DNA of 64,000 nt from an uncultured delta proteobacterium (GTDB lineage: Bacteria > Desulfobacterota > Binatia > UBA9968). The stretch covers positions 192,001 to 256,000 of the forward strand of contig CAWFJP010000004.1 in the NCBI GenBank assembly GCA_963816145.1, read 5' to 3'. The notes below the pieces were generated by a model, which ran no database searches, was not told where the DNA came from, and worked only from the letters and a program-made list of their open reading frames with translations. Positions 60,807 through 64,000 of the stretch are shown here, piece after piece; within the stretch, counting starts at the first letter, position 1; every line of letters begins with the position of its first letter. A program made the position numbers and the translations under genes.

Positions 60807-61661
60807 GTGATGGCAATTCTTGAACTGCATGGTGTAAGCAAGAGTTTTTCTCGCAATGGGCGAGGGAAGTCACAGGCCGCTAAGGTCGAGGTCCTGCGCG
60901 ATATCAATTTGTCGATTCGCGAGAACGAGTTTGTCTGCATCGTCGGCCGGTCGGGCTCGGGAAAGACGACGTTGATTTCGCTGATCGCCGGTCTCATCGA
61001 AGCGGACACAGGTGCGATCTTGCTCGAAGGCAAACCGATCGCTGGCCCAGGACCGGACCGCGGCGTGATCTTTCAGAACTATTCGCTGCTGCCATGGATG
61101 AACGTCTTCGATAACGTTTACCTAGCGGTGGACGCGGTCGCGCCGAATCTGGCAGATCAGGAAAAACGCCGGCGCACCGAGTATTACCTCGACCTAGTCA
61201 ATCTCGGCGCTGCATTGAAAAAAGTTCCGCGCGAACTTTCAGGCGGCATGCGCCAGCGGGTTGCGGTGGCGCGCGGCCTGGCCATGGACCCGAAGGTTTT
61301 GCTCTTGGACGAACCCTTTAGCGCCCTCGATGCGCTGACCCGCGGCACGCTGCAAGACGAGCTGGCGCGCATCTGGATGGAAAGCCGCAAGACCGTGGTG
61401 ATGATCACCAACGATATCGATGAGGCGATATTGCTCGCCGATACCATTTACACGTTGACCGGCGGGCCAGGCGCGACGCTTAGCCCGGCGGTCTCGGTCG
61501 ATACGCTTCATCCGCGCTCGCGGGTGCAGTTGAGCGGCCAAGCGGGCTATCACAAGGCCCGGCGCGACACGCTCAAGACACTTACCGGAGGCACGGTTGC
61601 TTCGGCGACCTCGGCGCCGATCGCCGGGCGGCACATTTACTTCACTGAAGGGAACGGTTGA
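60807..61661 (+). CDS. Nitrate ABC ATPase 1
   Basis: GRSGSGKT, FQNYSLLPW, LSGGMRQR, LLDEPF; the H-loop reads ITND. Confidence 0.9.
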   Translation: MMAILELHGVSKSFSRNGRGKSQAAKVEVLRDINLSIRENEFVCIVGRSGSGKTTLISLIAGLIEADTGAILLEGKPIAGPGPDRGVIFQNYSLLPWMNVFDNVYLAVDAVAPNLADQEKRRRTEYYLDLVNLGAALKKVPRELSGGMRQRVAVARGLAMDPKVLLLDEPFSALDALTRGTLQDELARIWMESRKTVVMITNDIDEAILLADTIYTLTGGPGATLSPAVSVDTLHPRSRVQLSGQAGYHKARRDTLKTLTGGTVASATSAPIAGRHIYFTEGNG

Positions 61662-61665
61662 TTCC

Positions 61666-62631
61666 ATGATACCGGCGCTAGAACTCACACAACTGGGCAA
61701 GAGTTACGATACCGATCAAGGGCGGTCGATCATCGTCAAGGATTTCAACCTGCGTGTCAGCGAAGGTGAATTTGTCTGCATCATCGGTCACTCGGGGTGC
61801 GGCAAGTCGACGGTCTTGTCGATCGCCATGGGACTCAACGATGCCAGCGAAGGCGGCGTGATCATCGCCGGGCGCGAAGTAGTCGGGCCGGGATTGGACC
61901 GCGGCGTGGTGTTTCAATCCTCGGCGTTGTTGCCCTGGCTCACAGCGCGGGAAAATGTCCTGCTCGCCGTCGATCAGCGCGAGGAGCGCCATTCGCAGCG
62001 CATCCGGCGCGGCCTCGCGGATAAATATCTTTTTGCTGTCGGACTCGATGGTAATGCCGATTCCTACCCTGATGAGCTTTCCGCCGGCATGCGCCAGCGC
62101 GTCGGCATTGCGCGTGCCTTGGCCTTGGAGCCGAAGGTGCTGCTACTCGACGAGCCGTTCAGTTTGCTCGACGTGGTCACCCGCATGGAGCTGCAAGACC
62201 AAGTGATTCGTTTGTGCGCTCAGGAGACGAAGACCGTGCTGATGGTGACCCATGATGTCGACGAAGCACTGTTGCTTGCCGACCGCATCGTCATGATGAC
62301 CAATGGCCCGGCGGCGACGGTGGGGGAAATTCTCGGCGTTCCTTTCGAGCGGCCGCGCGACCGGCTGACTCTCAGCGAGGAACCGATGTATCACCGATTG
62401 CGCAGTCAAATGCTGCGCTTTCTCGAAGAACGCGCGCCGGAGCGCACGGCAACACCTGCGCAGCAGAAGGACGAGCCCTTCAAACAGCTGGCGCAGTTGA
62501 GCGCGGAGGAAGTCTTCATCATCGAGAAATACACCGGCTTTAACCGGTTTCGCGGCAAGTATCGTAATTATGACGCGACGGCGAATGTCAGCGACAACGC
62601 GGCAGCCACGCAGGCCAAGGCCTTGGCCTAG
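61666..62631 (+). CDS. Nitrate ABC ATPase 2
   Basis: GHSGCGKS, LSAGMRQR, LLDEPF, VTHD, MMTNGPAA. Confidence 0.9.
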   Translation: MIPALELTQLGKSYDTDQGRSIIVKDFNLRVSEGEFVCIIGHSGCGKSTVLSIAMGLNDASEGGVIIAGREVVGPGLDRGVVFQSSALLPWLTARENVLLAVDQREERHSQRIRRGLADKYLFAVGLDGNADSYPDELSAGMRQRVGIARALALEPKVLLLDEPFSLLDVVTRMELQDQVIRLCAQETKTVLMVTHDVDEALLLADRIVMMTNGPAATVGEILGVPFERPRDRLTLSEEPMYHRLRSQMLRFLEERAPERTATPAQQKDEPFKQLAQLSAEEVFIIEKYTGFNRFRGKYRNYDATANVSDNAAATQAKALA

Positions 62632-62660
62632 TCCCGGCCAGCGCGCTTGAGCAAGAGATC

Positions 62661-64000
62661 GTGCAGACAGCCGAAGCCAAATCCGCTCAGAACGAAATCC
62701 GGCGCTGGGCAAAAACCTACTGCCCGTACTGCGGTGTCGGTTGCGGCCTGCTTGCCGGTGTGGGCAAGGGCATGGTGGCGAAAATCAAAGGGGACAAGGA
62801 TCACCCTTCGAGCCTGGGTGATCTCTGTCTCAAGGCGGTCTACTTGCCCGAGACGCTACGAACTGCCGATCGCCTGCTCTATCCGCAGATTCGCGCTTGT
62901 TCGGATGGTCCGTTCAGGCGCGTGTCATGGGATCAAAGCATGGGCTACTTGGCGCAGCGGTTCCGCGCGATTATCGACGAGCATGGGCCCGACGCTGTGG
63001 CTTTCTATGGTTCCGGACAGCTCACCACCGAGGAGTATTACATCGCCAACAAACTCGCCAAGGGTTACATCGGCACGAATAATTTCGACACCAATTCACG
63101 CCTGTGCATGTCCTCGGCGGTGGCGGGCTATAAATCTTCGTTCGGTTCGGATGGGCCGCCGGTGTCCTATGCCGATCTAGACGAGGCCAACTGTTTTTTC
63201 CTCATCGGCACCAACACCGCGGACTGCCATCCGGTGATCTTTAAACGCATCAAGCAGCGCAAGCTCAGCGCGCCGGATGATGTGATGATGATTTGCGTCG
63301 ATCCGCGGCGCACGGAAACCGCCGACTTCGCCGACCTGCATTTGCCGATTCGGCCGGGCAGCGACATAGCTCTGCTCAATAGCATGCTGTATGTGCTCCT
63401 CGATGAGAATCTGATCGATCGCGAGTTTGTCGCGCAACGCACCAATGGCTTTGGCGCGCTCATCAATGCTGTCAAAGATTATGCCCCACGCGTGGCCCAG
63501 GAGATTTGCGGCATCGCCGAATGTCTGATTGTCGAGGCTGCTTTGATCTTCGGTAAAGCCGAGCGCGCCATGTCGCTGTGGAGCATGGGCGTCAATCAAA
63601 GCACGGTGGGAGTGCATAAGAACAACGCGATTCATAATCTTCATCTGGCGACGGGAAAGATCGGCAAACCGGGTTGCGGTCCGTTCTCGCTCACCGGCCA
63701 GCCCAATGCGATGGGCGGCCGAGAAGTTGGCGGCCTGTCCCATATGCTCCCCGGCTATCGCAGTGTGGAGAATCCGCAGCACCGCGACGAAGTCGAACGT
63801 CATTGGGGTGTGCCGTTCGGCAGCATCGCGCCCGAACCCGGTTTGGCGGCATTGGAGCAATTCGAAGCGCTGGCTGAGGGCAAGGTCAAAGCGATCTGGA
63901 TCCTTTGCACCAATCCCGCGGCGTCGGCGCCGGATACCGATGTGATCGAAAAGGCATTGCGCCAAGCGGAGCTGGTGGTTGTGCAAGATGCCTATTATAC
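62661..64000 (+). CDS. Assimilatory nitrate reductase catalytic subunit (NasA/NarB-like), truncated at window edge
   Basis: Frame open from GTG 62661: TYCPYCGVGCG, GDLC.K, YGSGQL.TE.YY, NNFDTNSRLCMSSA, SLTGQPNAMGGRE. Absent from the ORF track because it has no stop in the window. Confidence 0.93.
   Translation, partial: MQTAEAKSAQNEIRRWAKTYCPYCGVGCGLLAGVGKGMVAKIKGDKDHPSSLGDLCLKAVYLPETLRTADRLLYPQIRACSDGPFRRVSWDQSMGYLAQRFRAIIDEHGPDAVAFYGSGQLTTEEYYIANKLAKGYIGTNNFDTNSRLCMSSAVAGYKSSFGSDGPPVSYADLDEANCFFLIGTNTADCHPVIFKRIKQRKLSAPDDVMMICVDPRRTETADFADLHLPIRPGSDIALLNSMLYVLLDENLIDREFVAQRTNGFGALINAVKDYAPRVAQEICGIAECLIVEAALIFGKAERAMSLWSMGVNQSTVGVHKNNAIHNLHLATGKIGKPGCGPFSLTGQPNAMGGREVGGLSHMLPGYRSVENPQHRDEVERHWGVPFGSIAPEPGLAALEQFEALAEGKVKAIWILCTNPAASAPDTDVIEKALRQAELVVVQDAYY

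Overview
Gene-dense bacterial window. The gene content (orphan NMT1-like and TctC-like binding proteins, many sigma54 promoters) suggests a deltaproteobacterial-type organism such as Candidatus Binatia; this is inference only. It has four blocks. (1) 1-14 kb, surface structures: two glycosyltransferases, pilD and two fimT-pilV-pilW-pilX minor-pilin clusters. Between the clusters is a 4.38-kb IS1202/ISNCY-like element (6889-11268, 16-17 bp target duplication) with a dead transposase, carrying three Tad pseudopilin genes. (2) 14-19 kb, housekeeping: receiver protein, tmk, holB, metG, tatD, bfr. (3) 19-41.7 kb, a ~21.6-kb single-strand iron/peroxide supercluster divergent from a DtxR-family repressor. 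It holds a phnDCE-like ABC transporter, cytochrome c-FTR1, cupredoxin, a haem protein, a putative porin, exbBD-tonB-hemP-TonB receptor-piuC, PepSY-flavodoxin, a ferritin-like protein, katG and feoABC. (4) 42-64 kb, nitrogen assimilation: glnK-amtB-glnA, GATase, an ANTAR regulator with two ANTAR leaders, nirA-Rieske, a nitrate ABC transporter and a truncated nitrate reductase. The top candidate for an undescribed system is in block 3. Four copies of a conserved ~31-nt leader overlap the 5' arm of a terminator-like hairpin ahead of iron operons. Two paralogous Com-like CxC...CxxC zinc-ribbon microproteins sit among them, one missing from the ORF track. Together they suggest a protein-dependent, possibly metal-sensing antitermination regulon. 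Several single-base frameshifts look like assembly errors. No rRNA, tRNA or CRISPR array was recognised.
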